From contig CAZTOU010000002.1 in NCBI GenBank assembly GCA_964615365.1, positions 87,160-151,159 of the forward strand: a stretch of DNA of 64,000 nucleotides, written 5' to 3'. The position numbers were made by a program, and so were the translations under genes. Positions within the stretch are counted from its first letter, which is position 1. The number at the start of each line of letters is the position of its first letter. This DNA is from an uncultured Spirochaetales bacterium (lineage in GTDB: Bacteria; Myxococcota_A; UBA9160; UBA6930). The notes below the pieces were generated by a model. That model was given only the letters and a program-made list of their open reading frames with translations, did no database searches and was not told where the DNA came from. Positions 46,210 to 56,170 of this stretch are shown piece by piece.

Positions 46210-47739
46210 CTAACCGCCGGCCTTGAGAACGATCTCGACCGGCAGCTTCAGATCCTCCCCGTCGAGGTCGGCGAGCGCGGCGCGAATGGGCCCCGGGAGA
46301 TCCTCGGCGCGGACTCTGACCTCGAAACGGAGCATCCCGTCGCTCTCGATCGGCGGTCCGGGATCTTCGATCTCGGACGGCGGAGGAGACGTCACCTGGA
46401 CCTCGACGAGCTCCTCCTCCTTGGCCTCCTCCGGCTCGAAGAGCCCACCCTCCCCCATCTCGACCGTCACCGGATCGCCGGAAGGGACTGGGGGCTCCGG
46501 ATCGGCGTTCGCATCGGTGCGGGTCGAAGTGCTGGCGGAAGGAATGGGCAGCACCGCGTCGATCAGGGTCATGTTGAAGCCGCTCTCGGTCTCCGCTGCG
46601 GCCGGCGCTTCGAGCTCATCGGTCTTGACTTCGCTGGCGATCGGCTGCCGGTCCAGCAGGAAGGTCAGCTCGAACTCTTCGATGCTCACCACGTCCCCCA
46701 GCTCGAGGTCGCGGCGATGGATCTTCTCGCCGTTCACCCGGATGCCGTTGATCGAATCGAGGTCGCGCACCTCGTAGCGCTCCGCATCCCGCACGAACAT
46801 CGCGTGCCGACGGGAGACCTCGGGCTGCTCGAGAAAGATCTCGCACTCGCGAGAGCGGCCGGCGACGAGCCGATCCTGATCCCAGCTGAGGATCCGCTCG
46901 AGCCTTCCCTGATTCTGGATGATGAGACCCGCGTACCAGGTCGGCTCTCCGGCGGCCTCCTCCTCCGCAACCGGCGCTGCGGCGATCGAGACGGTCTCCT
47001 CGCCGCCATCCTCCGCCTCCTCCTCCGTCAGCTCGACGTCGTAGTCTCGCGGATCGACCTCGGTCTCGTCTCCCGGCACCGCGCCGGCGAGATCCGCTCC
47101 GTCTCCGAATTCGAAGGCTCCTCTGCCGCTCTCCGGGGCCGCTTCGGCCACCTCGATCGGCTCCAGCGCGCTCTCGATCGCCTCCTCGTCCGGCAGTGGT
47201 GCCAGATCCTCCGGCGGCGGCGCAGGGATCTCCTCCGGTGGCGACGTGTCGGCCACCTCCTCCGCATCGCAGAGGGGAGGCGGCTCGCCTTCGGGCTCGG
47301 ATTCGTCCGCGGCCTCCGCCTCGGATCTCGCGCCCTCGAGCATCTTCGCCTGGGTATCCACGCCGACGAAGTAGGTGTTCGAGGCGTCCCAGGCGTCGCT
47401 CTTCTCCCGCGTCGCCTCCTCCAGGACGGGAAGATCCTCGTCACCCGCCTCGGTCAGCACCAACTGGTGCTTTCCGATCACGACCTCGTCGCCCGGCTGG
47501 AGCTCGACGCTGTCGACGATCCGGCTGCCGTTCACGAAGCAGCCGTTCTCGCTCCCCGAGTCCTCCAGGATCACCCGTCCGTCCTCGTGCTTGAGCAGCG
47601 CGTGGAAGCGGCTCACGGAAGCGTTGTTGATCGCGATGTCGTTTTCCTTCATGCGGCCGATGCGGAGCACCCTTCCCTGGAGCGGCAACGTCTGCACCAC
47701 GCGACCCTTGAGCCGAAGCTGAATGACCGGAGAGTCCAT
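46210..47739 (-). CDS. Protein with two FHA domains and an acidic linker
   Basis: IGR..NDI..VSRFHA..DSGSENGCFVNG and AGRS..VSRRHA..DLDSINGIRVNG, separated by about 200 E/D/P/A-rich residues. Confidence 0.88.
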   Translation of the reverse strand: MDSPVIQLRLKGRVVQTLPLQGRVLRIGRMKENDIAINNASVSRFHALLKHEDGRVILEDSGSENGCFVNGSRIVDSVELQPGDEVVIGKHQLVLTEAGDEDLPVLEEATREKSDAWDASNTYFVGVDTQAKMLEGARSEAEAADESEPEGEPPPLCDAEEVADTSPPEEIPAPPPEDLAPLPDEEAIESALEPIEVAEAAPESGRGAFEFGDGADLAGAVPGDETEVDPRDYDVELTEEEAEDGGEETVSIAAAPVAEEEAAGEPTWYAGLIIQNQGRLERILSWDQDRLVAGRSRECEIFLEQPEVSRRHAMFVRDAERYEVRDLDSINGIRVNGEKIHRRDLELGDVVSIEEFELTFLLDRQPIASEVKTDELEAPAAAETESGFNMTLIDAVLPIPSASTSTRTDANADPEPPVPSGDPVTVEMGEGGLFEPEEAKEEELVEVQVTSPPPSEIEDPGPPIESDGMLRFEVRVRAEDLPGPIRAALADLDGEDLKLPVEIVLKAGG

Positions 47740-47813
47740 CAATCGTTTCACCTGTAGAAAAACGGGACCATCCCGTTGATTCCCCTTTCTTTTCGCACTC
47801 CCCGGCGCCAGAC

Positions 47814-47849
47814 TTGAACGGAGGCAGCGACAAGTCGACACTGTGTCGA
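47814..47849 (+). promoter_or_regulatory. Putative WS/DGAT promoter overlapped by a palindromic operator
   Basis: TTGAAC-17 nt-GACACT; TCGACAC-T-GTGTCGA (47835-47849) covers the -10. Confidence 0.45.
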
Positions 47850-47890
47850 TTTCGCTCATTGACGCGATGCGTCATCAAGGAGGGGCCAGC

Positions 47891-49378
47891 ATGCCCCGGT
47901 ACTCCTACGAACGGCTCACCGCCCTGGACCACTCCTTTCTCCTCCTCGAGAAGCCCAACGCCTTCATGCACGTGGCGTCCTCGGCCATCTACGAACTCGG
48001 GCCGCTCAAGACACCGGAGGGCGGCGTCGACATCGAGCTGGTCCGGCGTGGAATCAACGGCATCCTCCACCGGATCCCGCGCTACCGGCAGAAGCTCGCC
48101 TGGATTCCCCTGGAGCGTCAGCCGGTCTGGGTGGACGACGACCGCTTCAGCCTCAACTACCACCTTCGCCACGCCAGCCTGCCCCGCCCCGGTGACGAGC
48201 TACAGCTCAAGCGTCTCTCGGCCCGCATCATGGCCCAGCGCCTGGATCGCACCCGGCCGCTCTGGGAGATGTGGATCGTCGAGGGTCTCGAGGGGGATCG
48301 CTTTGCCGTGATCAGCAAGGTTCATCACTGCATGGTCGACGGGGTCTCCGGTGTGGACCTGATGACGGTTCTGATGAGCGCCCAGGCCGACGCGGAGATT
48401 CCCGAGGCCCCGCCTTTCGTCCCCCGTGCCGAGCCGAGCGGCTTCGAGCTGCTGCGCAACGAGATCGGACGCCGCCTCCGGCTGCCCTTCGAAGCGGCTC
48501 GGGACGTCCGGAACTTCGCGAACGAGGCGAGGGATGCCCGCCGGGAGTTCCTCTCCCGTCTTCGCGCCATGGTCGAGACGATCGGCGCCACCCTTCGGTC
48601 GGCCTCCGCGACTCCGCTGAATCAGCCGGTCGGTCCCCACCGTCACTTCGACTGGGCGACGATGCCGATCGACCAGATCAAGGAGCTGCGCAGGACGCTC
48701 AAGGGAACCCTGAACGACGTGGTGCTCGCCATCGCGACCGGGGCGGTGCGCCGCTTCCTCCAGCACCGGAGGGTCGACCCCACCGACCTGGACTTCCGGG
48801 TTCTCGCTCCCGTGAGCGTTCGGACCCAGGAGGAGGGGGGGAAGCTCGGCAATCGGGTCTCCGCCTGGATCGTTCCGTTGCCGGTGGGCGAGTCCGATCC
48901 CCTGGAGCAGATGAGGGCGATCTCCCGGACCACCGCGGAGCTCAAGAGCTCGAAGCAGGTCGTCGGTGCGGAGGTGCTGACCCAGGTCGCGGAGTGGACC
49001 CCCGCGACGCTTCTGTCCCTCGGCGCGCGGAACGCCACCCGCCTGCTTCCCTTCAACCTGGTCGTCACCAACATCCCGGGTCCGCAGGTTCCGCTGTATC
49101 TGCTCGGCGCGAAGATGGAGCAGGTCTTTCCCTACGTGCCGCTTGCGGACAACCTCGGCCTGGGAATCGCCCTCTTCAGCTACGACGGAACCCTGGCCTG
49201 GGGCTTCAACGCCGACTACGAGCTGGTCCCCGATCTCGACCAGTTCGTCCAGGCCATCCGGGATTCCTTCCAGGCGCTGCGCGAGGCCGCGGGAGTCGTG
49301 AGCACCGTCCCGAGGAGGAAGAAGCCGGCGCGCGCCGGCAAGGCGTCCCGGGCGAATGGCGGGAGCGTACCTTCCTAG
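47891..49378 (+). CDS. Wax ester synthase/diacylglycerol acyltransferase (WS/DGAT)
   Basis: RLTALDHSFL, LDRTRPLWE, KVHHCMVDG (HHxxxDG), NDVVLA, NLVVTNIPGP. Confidence 0.93.
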   Translation: MPRYSYERLTALDHSFLLLEKPNAFMHVASSAIYELGPLKTPEGGVDIELVRRGINGILHRIPRYRQKLAWIPLERQPVWVDDDRFSLNYHLRHASLPRPGDELQLKRLSARIMAQRLDRTRPLWEMWIVEGLEGDRFAVISKVHHCMVDGVSGVDLMTVLMSAQADAEIPEAPPFVPRAEPSGFELLRNEIGRRLRLPFEAARDVRNFANEARDARREFLSRLRAMVETIGATLRSASATPLNQPVGPHRHFDWATMPIDQIKELRRTLKGTLNDVVLAIATGAVRRFLQHRRVDPTDLDFRVLAPVSVRTQEEGGKLGNRVSAWIVPLPVGESDPLEQMRAISRTTAELKSSKQVVGAEVLTQVAEWTPATLLSLGARNATRLLPFNLVVTNIPGPQVPLYLLGAKMEQVFPYVPLADNLGLGIALFSYDGTLAWGFNADYELVPDLDQFVQAIRDSFQALREAAGVVSTVPRRKKPARAGKASRANGGSVPS

Positions 49379-49863
49379 CCGGATTCGCCCCCCGGATCCG
49401 TGTAGCGGATGGCGATCACCGTGTAGGTGGCGGGGCCCTTGGGGCGACGGAGCACGAACTCGTCGCCCTCTTCCCTGCCCATCAGCGCCCGCCCCATCGG
49501 CGACTCGATGCTGATCCTCCCCGCAGCGACGTCGAACTCGTCGGGACCCACCAGCCGGTACTCGCGGACGACTCCGCTCTCGTCTTCCAGGGTCACCCAG
49601 GCTCCGAAGTAGACCCGCCCCTCCTGCTCTGGCGACGGACTCACCACCGTCAGCGAATCCAGGCGCTTCGAGAGAAAGCGCAGGCGCCGGTCGATCTCTC
49701 GCAGTCGCTTCTTCCCGTAGATGTACTCGGCGTTCTCCGACCGGTCGCCGAGCGCCGCCGCCTCGCTCACCTCGTGGGTCACCCTGGGGCGTTCGATCCT
49801 CCAGAGATGCTCGAGCTCCTGCTGGAGCTTGCGAAATCCCTCCGGCGTGATGTAGCTGGCCAT
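49375..49863 (-). CDS. greB: Transcription elongation factor GreB
   Basis: YITPEG..L..EL..LWRIERP, AAALGDRSENAEYIYGKKRLREIDRR, IS.ESPMGRAL. Confidence 0.93.
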   Translation of the reverse strand: MASYITPEGFRKLQQELEHLWRIERPRVTHEVSEAAALGDRSENAEYIYGKKRLREIDRRLRFLSKRLDSLTVVSPSPEQEGRVYFGAWVTLEDESGVVREYRLVGPDEFDVAAGRISIESPMGRALMGREEGDEFVLRRPKGPATYTVIAIRYTDPGGESG

Positions 49864-49913
49864 CGCCGGGAACCATGGCACGTCCTGGCACGCCTCACTA
49901 GCCTCGCGAGAAG

Positions 49914-52829
49914 GTGCAGGATCTCTTCGAAGCCGTTCGCGACCGGGCAACCCGCTCCGCCTGGTCGAGGGGAGTGGAGCTCGCCCGAGCCGATGCGGTG
50001 GTCGGCGAGCACGCCGACCAGACCGAGATCCTGCTCCGCGTCCAGTCCTCGGGAAGCGTGGTCCATCCCACCGTCATCCTCTACCCGCAGGACTGCGAGT
50101 GGGAGTGCGATTGTGGGAGCTCCGAGGATCCCTGCGCTCACGTCGCCGCCGCCGCCATCGCGGTGCGGCGAGAGGGTGGGTCTCTTCCCAGCGGACCATC
50201 CGGAGGCGCGCAGCTCGGCTATCGCCTCACCCGCGAGGAAGGGGGGCTCGCCTTCGAGCGCGTGCTGGTGACCCCCGACGGCGAGACCCCGCTCCGGACC
50301 ACGCTGACCGCGCTCGCCTCGGGGCGCGTGCAAGGGCCCGGCGTGCTCGCAACCCAGGCGGACATCGCCGCCGAGCGGGCCCTGGGATCCAGGCTACGCG
50401 GTCTCATGCCCCGCGGCATTCTGCGCAACCTGCTCAGGGCCCTCCAGAACTGCTCCGACCTCCGCCTCGACGGACGGCCCGTCACGACCTCGCCGGAGCC
50501 CGTCGGTCTCCGCGCGCGCCTGGTCGATGATCCCGCCGGATTTCGCCTCTTCGTGGAGCGGAACCCACCCGAGTGCGCCGAGGTCTGCGACGGGTTCGTC
50601 CTCTGTGGCGACACCCTCCGGGAACTCGGCGAGAGCCAGCTCACCGGTCGCGAGCTTCAGGATCTCCGGCCCGGACGGATCTTCACCCCGGATCAGATCA
50701 CCGAGCTCCTGACCGAGGTGCTGCCCTCGCTCCGCGACCGGATTCCCGTCGGGGTCGAGACGGAGCGCCTGCCCTCGACCCACTCGGTTCCTCCCCGCAT
50801 CGTGCTCCAGACCGGGCGCGAGCAGGACCGACTCATCGTGCTCCCGACCCTCGTCTACGGAGAGCCCCCGAACGCGCGAGTCGACGGGGGACGGCTGACC
50901 CACCTGCGCGGACCCATTCCCCTGCGCGACGAGGCGGCGGAGCGGGTGCTGATGCGAAGCCTTCGAAGCCGTTTCGGCCTGATCCCCGGTCACCGGGTCA
51001 CGCTGGATCCCGAAGAGGCCGTCGCCTTCACCGCGCAGCTCGAGGGCTGGTCGGGGGAGGTCGTGGGGCGGGATCACGAAGCGTTCTTCCTGGCGCCACC
51101 CCTCGTCCCCGAGATCCGCGTGGAGGAAGAGCGCTTCGAGTTGCGCTTCCACTCCCGAGCGCCCGTCGCAGCGGGGGAAGCGGAGGCGTCACGCGGCAGC
51201 GCGGATCCGGACCGCGTGCTGCGGGCCTGGCGTTCCGGGGAGTCGCTCGTCCCCCTTCTGGAGGGCGGGCTGGCTCCTCTGCCCCGCGACTGGCTCGCGC
51301 GGCTCGGCCCGCTGATCCAGGACCTGCTCGCCGCCCGTGGCAGCGAGGGCACCCTTCCGCGCAGCGCGATTCCCGATCTGGCCCGGCTCTGCGACGCGCT
51401 CGACCAGCCCCGCCCCCCCTCCTTCCGAGAGCTGGAGCGCCTCGTCGGCAGCTTCCGAGGGATTCCCGAGGCGCCCCTCCCCGCCGATCTGCGTGCCACT
51501 CTGCGCGACTATCAACGCGTGGGGGTGAACTGGCTCTGCTTCCTGCGCGAGGCAGGGCTCGGTGGGCTCCTCGCCGACGACATGGGGCTCGGCAAGACGC
51601 TGCAGGCGCTGTGCGCGCTGCGCGGGCGTACCCTGGTGGTCTCGCCCACCAGCCTGCTCCACAACTGGTCCGACGAGATTGCCCGCTTTCGCCCGGACCT
51701 GCGCGTCCAGATCTTCCACGGCAGGGGTCGCGCCATCGAGCCCGAGGCGAACGTCACCTTGACCACCTACGCGCTCCTCCGTCTCGATCGAGAGGTGCTG
51801 GGCCGAGAGAGCTGGGAGACGCTGATCCTCGACGAGTCCCAGGCGATCAAGAATCCCGAGAGTCAGGTCGCGCAAGCCGCCTACCAGCTCCGCGCGGGCT
51901 TCCGGATCGCGCTCACCGGGACCCCCGTCGAGAACCGGCTCGACGAGCTCTGGAGCCAGTTCCACTTCATCAACCCCGGTCTCCTCGGCGGGCGGCGGGA
52001 TTTCGAGAGCCGATACACCCGACCCATCGCAGAGGGGGGTACCGAGACCGCAGAGCGACTTCGCGAACGCATCCGCCCCTTCGTGCTACGGCGACGCAAG
52101 GGAGAGGTCGCACCGGAGCTCCCACCCCGCACCGACGTGGTGCTGCATTGCGTCCTCGGCGATGCGGAGCGAAGCCTCTACGATGCGATTCGCGCCACCA
52201 CCGCAAGGGACGTGATCGCCCGACTCGAGGCCGGTGGAAGCGTGCTGGCCGCCCTCGAGGCGCTCCTGCGTCTCCGACAGGCCTGCTGTCATCCGGCACT
52301 GGTGCCGGGGCAGGACGCCGAGGACTCGGCGAAGCTGTCGCTGCTCCTCGACCGGCTCGACACCGCGGTGGCCGACGGGCACAAGGCGCTCGTCTTCTCC
52401 CAGTGGACCGCCCTGCTCGACCTGGTGGAGCCGCGACTGGAGGAGGCCTCCATCCCCTACACGCGCCTGGACGGGACGACCCGCGATCGAGCTTCCGTGC
52501 TGCGCCGCTTCGAGCAGGAGAGCGGACCGCCGGTCTTCCTCGTCTCCCTCAAGGCCGGGGGAACCGGCCTCAACCTGACGTCGGCGGATCACGTCTTCCT
52601 CCTCGACCCCTGGTGGAACCCTTTCGTGGAAGAGCAGGCCGCGGACCGGGCTCATCGGATCGGCCAGGAGCGGCCCGTCTTCGTCTACCGGATGGTGGCC
52701 GAGAACACCGTCGAAGAGCAGATCCTCGCCCTCCAGGAGAAGAAGCGATCGGTATCCGAGCTGGCCCTGGGCGAGTCGGACGCCGCGCACCGCATCACCC
52801 GCGACGATCTGATCACCCTGCTTCGCTGA
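49914..52829 (+). CDS. SNF2-family helicase/ATPase with N-terminal SWIM zinc finger
   Basis: [12 protein letters not shown] (SWIM); [10 protein letters not shown]; LDESQAIKN; LTGTPVEN; LVFSQW; [11 protein letters not shown]; [11 protein letters not shown]. Confidence 0.93.
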   Translation: MQDLFEAVRDRATRSAWSRGVELARADAVVGEHADQTEILLRVQSSGSVVHPTVILYPQDCEWECDCGSSEDPCAHVAAAAIAVRREGGSLPSGPSGGAQLGYRLTREEGGLAFERVLVTPDGETPLRTTLTALASGRVQGPGVLATQADIAAERALGSRLRGLMPRGILRNLLRALQNCSDLRLDGRPVTTSPEPVGLRARLVDDPAGFRLFVERNPPECAEVCDGFVLCGDTLRELGESQLTGRELQDLRPGRIFTPDQITELLTEVLPSLRDRIPVGVETERLPSTHSVPPRIVLQTGREQDRLIVLPTLVYGEPPNARVDGGRLTHLRGPIPLRDEAAERVLMRSLRSRFGLIPGHRVTLDPEEAVAFTAQLEGWSGEVVGRDHEAFFLAPPLVPEIRVEEERFELRFHSRAPVAAGEAEASRGSADPDRVLRAWRSGESLVPLLEGGLAPLPRDWLARLGPLIQDLLAARGSEGTLPRSAIPDLARLCDALDQPRPPSFRELERLVGSFRGIPEAPLPADLRATLRDYQRVGVNWLCFLREAGLGGLLADDMGLGKTLQALCALRGRTLVVSPTSLLHNWSDEIARFRPDLRVQIFHGRGRAIEPEANVTLTTYALLRLDREVLGRESWETLILDESQAIKNPESQVAQAAYQLRAGFRIALTGTPVENRLDELWSQFHFINPGLLGGRRDFESRYTRPIAEGGTETAERLRERIRPFVLRRRKGEVAPELPPRTDVVLHCVLGDAERSLYDAIRATTARDVIARLEAGGSVLAALEALLRLRQACCHPALVPGQDAEDSAKLSLLLDRLDTAVADGHKALVFSQWTALLDLVEPRLEEASIPYTRLDGTTRDRASVLRRFEQESGPPVFLVSLKAGGTGLNLTSADHVFLLDPWWNPFVEEQAADRAHRIGQERPVFVYRMVAENTVEEQILALQEKKRSVSELALGESDAAHRITRDDLITLLR

Positions 52830-52937
52830 TCCCGGATCGAGAGACGGCGTCCTCCGCGTCGGGTAGCGGGATCGATTGATTCGTTGGATCATGATCCGAT
52901 GATTCGCGTCACTCTCCCGGCCGGCGGGTGACCCGGG

Positions 52938-53837
52938 GTGCATTCGCACGCTCAGGACGACCACGCCCGCAGTCGCACCGAGGACCGCCGCCGCCTCACG
53001 GTGACGCTCGCCCTGGTGGCCACCTATCTGATCGCCGAGGTGGTGGGCGGCCTCTGGGCGGGCTCGCTGGCGCTCCTGGCGGACGCGGGGCACATGTTCT
53101 CCGACGTAGGTGCCCTGGCGCTCAGCCTCTTCGCCATCTGGCTGGCGCAGCGGCCCAGCTCCGTGGAGCGCACCTTCGGCTATCACCGGGTGGAGATCCT
53201 GGCGGCACTGGCCAACGGTGTGGCGCTGGTCGCGGTGGCCCTCCTGATTCTCCGAGAGGCCGTGCTGCGCGTGAGCGCGCCACGGGAAGTCCTCGGCGCA
53301 CCGATGCTGATCGTCGCGGTGGGAGGTCTGATCATCAACCTCGCCGGCCTCTTCATGCTCCACGGGGGAAAGGACTCGAACCTGAACGTTCGCGGGGCCT
53401 GGCTCCACGTGCTGAGTGACACCCTCGGCAGCATCGGGGTGATCGCCGCCGCCTTGCTGGTGTGGGCCTTCGGCTGGACCCGGGCCGACCCGATCGCATC
53501 GATCGGCATCGCGCTGCTGGTGATCTACGCGTCCTGGAACCTGATCCGGGAGACCGTCGGGGTACTGATGGAGGCGGCCCCGGGACACATCGACGTGGAG
53601 GAGGTGCGCCGGGCGCTCGGCGAGACACCGGGGGTGCTCTCCATGCACGACCTCCACGTCTGGACGATCACCAGCGGCTTCGTCTCCCTGTCCTGCCACG
53701 TCGAATCCTCCCATCAGGTGCCGAACCGCGACCTGCTGACGGCGCTCCAGGAACTCCTGCGGGAGCGCTTCGGGATCGATCACGTCACCATCCAGATCGA
53801 GCCCGCCGGCTTCGAGGGAAAAGCGAGGATCTGCTAG
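52938..53837 (+). CDS. Cation diffusion facilitator (CzcD/ZitB-like Zn/Co/Cd exporter)
   Basis: SLALLADAGHMFSD, TFGYHRVEILAA, LHVLSDTLGS, HDLHVWTI, HVTIQIE. Confidence 0.93.
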   Translation: MHSHAQDDHARSRTEDRRRLTVTLALVATYLIAEVVGGLWAGSLALLADAGHMFSDVGALALSLFAIWLAQRPSSVERTFGYHRVEILAALANGVALVAVALLILREAVLRVSAPREVLGAPMLIVAVGGLIINLAGLFMLHGGKDSNLNVRGAWLHVLSDTLGSIGVIAAALLVWAFGWTRADPIASIGIALLVIYASWNLIRETVGVLMEAAPGHIDVEEVRRALGETPGVLSMHDLHVWTITSGFVSLSCHVESSHQVPNRDLLTALQELLRERFGIDHVTIQIEPAGFEGKARIC

Positions 53838-53901
53838 GAATCTCCGTCGGCGCGCCGGTTCGTTAGACTTCGAGTTCGCATCCCCACAGGAGGAGAATCC
53901 C

Positions 53902-54384
53902 ATGGCAAGCAAGGCTGAAGCCGCGCTCGAGATCTTCAAGAAGAACCTTGGGTCCGACGACGGTGTCGGCGACTGGCACACCGTCGACCAGGACCAGATC
54001 AACCTCTTCGCCGACGCGACGCTGGACCACCAGTTCATTCACGTCGATCCGGAGAAATCGGCTCAGGTCTCTCCCTACAAGGTGACCATTGCCCACGGGT
54101 TCCTCACCCTCTCCCTGGTGGTGCACCTCCAGAAGACCGTTCCCCAGAGCAACCCCGAGGCCTACGAGGGCTTGATCATGGGGGTGAACTACGGCCTCGA
54201 CCGGGTGCGCTTCCCGAATCCCGTGAAGGTGAATGCGCGCGTGCGCGCGCGCCGGGAGCTCTTGGAGGCGGAGCTCAAGTCGCCCACCACCATCCAGGTC
54301 AAGCAGCGGGTCACCGTCGAGATCGAGGGCGAGGAGAAGCCCGGCTGCGTCGCGGAGACGCTGGCGCGCCTCATCTACGCCTAG
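53902..54384 (+). CDS. MaoC-family dehydratase
   Basis: INLFADATLDHQFIHVDPE, TIAHGFLTLSL, NYGLDRVRFP.PV. Confidence 0.92.
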   Translation: MASKAEAALEIFKKNLGSDDGVGDWHTVDQDQINLFADATLDHQFIHVDPEKSAQVSPYKVTIAHGFLTLSLVVHLQKTVPQSNPEAYEGLIMGVNYGLDRVRFPNPVKVNARVRARRELLEAELKSPTTIQVKQRVTVEIEGEEKPGCVAETLARLIYA

Positions 54385-54389
54385 CTCGG

Positions 54390-54426
54390 GGTTTCAGGAT
54401 CCCTCGTTTCGAGGGATCCTGAAACC
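54390..54426. terminator. Perfect 17-bp inverted repeat after maoC (terminator or processing hairpin)
   Basis: GGTTTCAGGATCCCTCG-TTT-CGAGGGATCCTGAAACC. Confidence 0.55.
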
Positions 54427-54485
54427 TCCGGAGCCACCGACCGACACGCCGCGAGACGGCCAGTGAACGGGAAGGGAACCATCCA

Positions 54486-54953
54486 TTGCGCCTCTTCCTG
54501 CTCTTCATCGTTCTGCCCGCCGTCGAGCTGGCGCTGCTGATCGAGATCGGCCGGTACGCAGGGACCCTGGCCACGCTGGGCCTGATCGTCGTGACCGGCG
54601 CCCTGGGCGCCGGCATGGCGCGCCATCAGGGCTTGCGGGTGCTGGCGGATGTCCAGCGCGAACTCGCCGAGGGACGGCTACCGGCGGGTTCGATGGTGGA
54701 TGGAGTCTTGATTCTTCTGGCAGCCGCGGTGCTGGTGACGCCGGGAGTGCTCACCGACGCCTTCGGCTTTCTCTGCCTCACGCCGGGCTTTCGCTCCCTG
54801 GTGAAACGGGAGGTGCAGCGGCGCTTCGAGCGCGCGGTGACGGAGCAGCGGGTACATCTCCACGTGCAGGGTCACCCGCCCTACCCTGGCAGCGGCGGCG
54901 GCCCGATCATCGACGTCACCCCGTCTCCCGACGACGAACCGCGCGATCGCTGA
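54486..54953 (+). CDS. fxsA: FxsA-family membrane protein
   Basis: LFI.LP.VEL.LLI.IG, LARHQG-like, LLV.PG.LTD..G.L.L.P, GPIIDV tail. Confidence 0.88.
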   Translation: MRLFLLFIVLPAVELALLIEIGRYAGTLATLGLIVVTGALGAGMARHQGLRVLADVQRELAEGRLPAGSMVDGVLILLAAAVLVTPGVLTDAFGFLCLTPGFRSLVKREVQRRFERAVTEQRVHLHVQGHPPYPGSGGGPIIDVTPSPDDEPRDR

Positions 54954-54995
54954 CCGGCCGGTAGCGCCCTCTGAAGCCGATCCCGGCGCGCCGCC

Positions 54996-55517
54996 TCAGA
55001 AGACCCCGACGAGATCCTGGGGCAGCGCGAAGCTCCGTTGGTCCATCTCCCGGTCGAGCAGGAAGAGCCCGCCCTCGGTCTTCTCCACCAGCTTGAGCTT
55101 CTGGACGACCTCGTCGGCGGTTGCCTCCTCCTCCACCTGCTCGCTCACGAACCACTGAAGAAAGCTGACACTGGCGTGGTCGCTCTTGGAGAGAGCCAGG
55201 TCCATCAGCTTGTTGATGAGACCGGTCACGTGCACCTCGTGCGCGTAGACGGCTTCGAAGACCTCCAGCGGTGATTCCCATTCCGTGGCAGGTGCCTCGA
55301 TCGGCTGCAGCAGCACCCGGCTGCCGCGATCGTGGAGGTAGGCGAAGAACTTCTGAACGTGGGTCATCTCCTCCAGCGCCTGCACGCGCAGCCAGTGACA
55401 AAATCCCTTCAGGCTCAGCGACTCGAAGTACGCCGCCATGGAGTAGTAGAGATACGCCGAGTAGAGCTCGGCGTTGATCTGATCATTGATTCCCTTGCCA
55501 ATCTCGTCACTCAGCAT
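54996..55517 (-). CDS. ftn: Ferritin (non-haem)
   Basis: INDQINAELYSAYLYYSM, EEMTH, HE..VT..I, FLQWFVSEQVEEE; perfect minus-strand TATAAT at 55573-55578. Confidence 0.93.
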   Translation of the reverse strand: MLSDEIGKGINDQINAELYSAYLYYSMAAYFESLSLKGFCHWLRVQALEEMTHVQKFFAYLHDRGSRVLLQPIEAPATEWESPLEVFEAVYAHEVHVTGLINKLMDLALSKSDHASVSFLQWFVSEQVEEEATADEVVQKLKLVEKTEGGLFLLDREMDQRSFALPQDLVGVF

Positions 55518-55711
55518 CTCTACTCCTCCCGGGACTTTCCGATGCTCATGGATCTCGTGCTCTTGGAGGTGGATTATACCGAAGCGGCCCACGGCGGGGG
55601 CAGCGCCGGCCCCGGCCCGCGGGGGCTCTTCGGGCCCCTGGAGGCTCTATTCGGGAGAACCCTGTCTGCTATGCTGCCCGCCGAAAAATTCCAGACGAGA
55701 GGAGAGACACC

Positions 55712-56164
55712 ATGCCCGAGGGCAATCTGGAGGAGATTCTGGACTTCGCCATCGAGAGAGAGCAGGAAGCCCACGACTTCTACGTGGACCTGGCAAAGAG
55801 GGCGGAACGCCCGGGGATGGAGGGGCTCTTCAGCCAGTTCGCCCGAGAGGAGATGGGGCACAAGAAGAAGCTCGAGAACATCAAGAAGGGCACCCGATCC
55901 TTCGCCCCCGCCAAGCAGGTGGTGGACCTCAAGATCGGTGACTACCTGGTCGACGTGGAGCCCTCCGGCACCGTGACCTACCAGAACGCGCTGATCCTGG
56001 CGATGAAGCGGGAGAAGGTGGCGTTCCAGCTCTACACCGACCTCGCGGCCGAGACCGCCGATGCGGAGATCAAGGCGATCTTCGAGGGCCTGGCCCAGGA
56101 AGAGGCCAAGCACAAGCTCCGCTTCGAGGTCGAGTACGACGACATGATCCTGACCGAGAACTGA
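55712..56164 (+). CDS. Ferritin-like / rubrerythrin-domain protein
   Basis: AIEREQEAHDFY, EEMGH, AMKREK..LY, EEAKH di-iron four-helix pattern; extended -10 TGcTATGCT at 55667-55675. Confidence 0.88.
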   Translation: MPEGNLEEILDFAIEREQEAHDFYVDLAKRAERPGMEGLFSQFAREEMGHKKKLENIKKGTRSFAPAKQVVDLKIGDYLVDVEPSGTVTYQNALILAMKREKVAFQLYTDLAAETADAEIKAIFEGLAQEEAKHKLRFEVEYDDMILTEN

Positions 56165-56170
56165 GCCCGG

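Noticed and set aside
49876-49892. Sigma54 promoter at TGGCACG in the greB/SNF2 spacer
   Set aside because: Neither copy has GC at the required -12 spacing (off by one, or absent)
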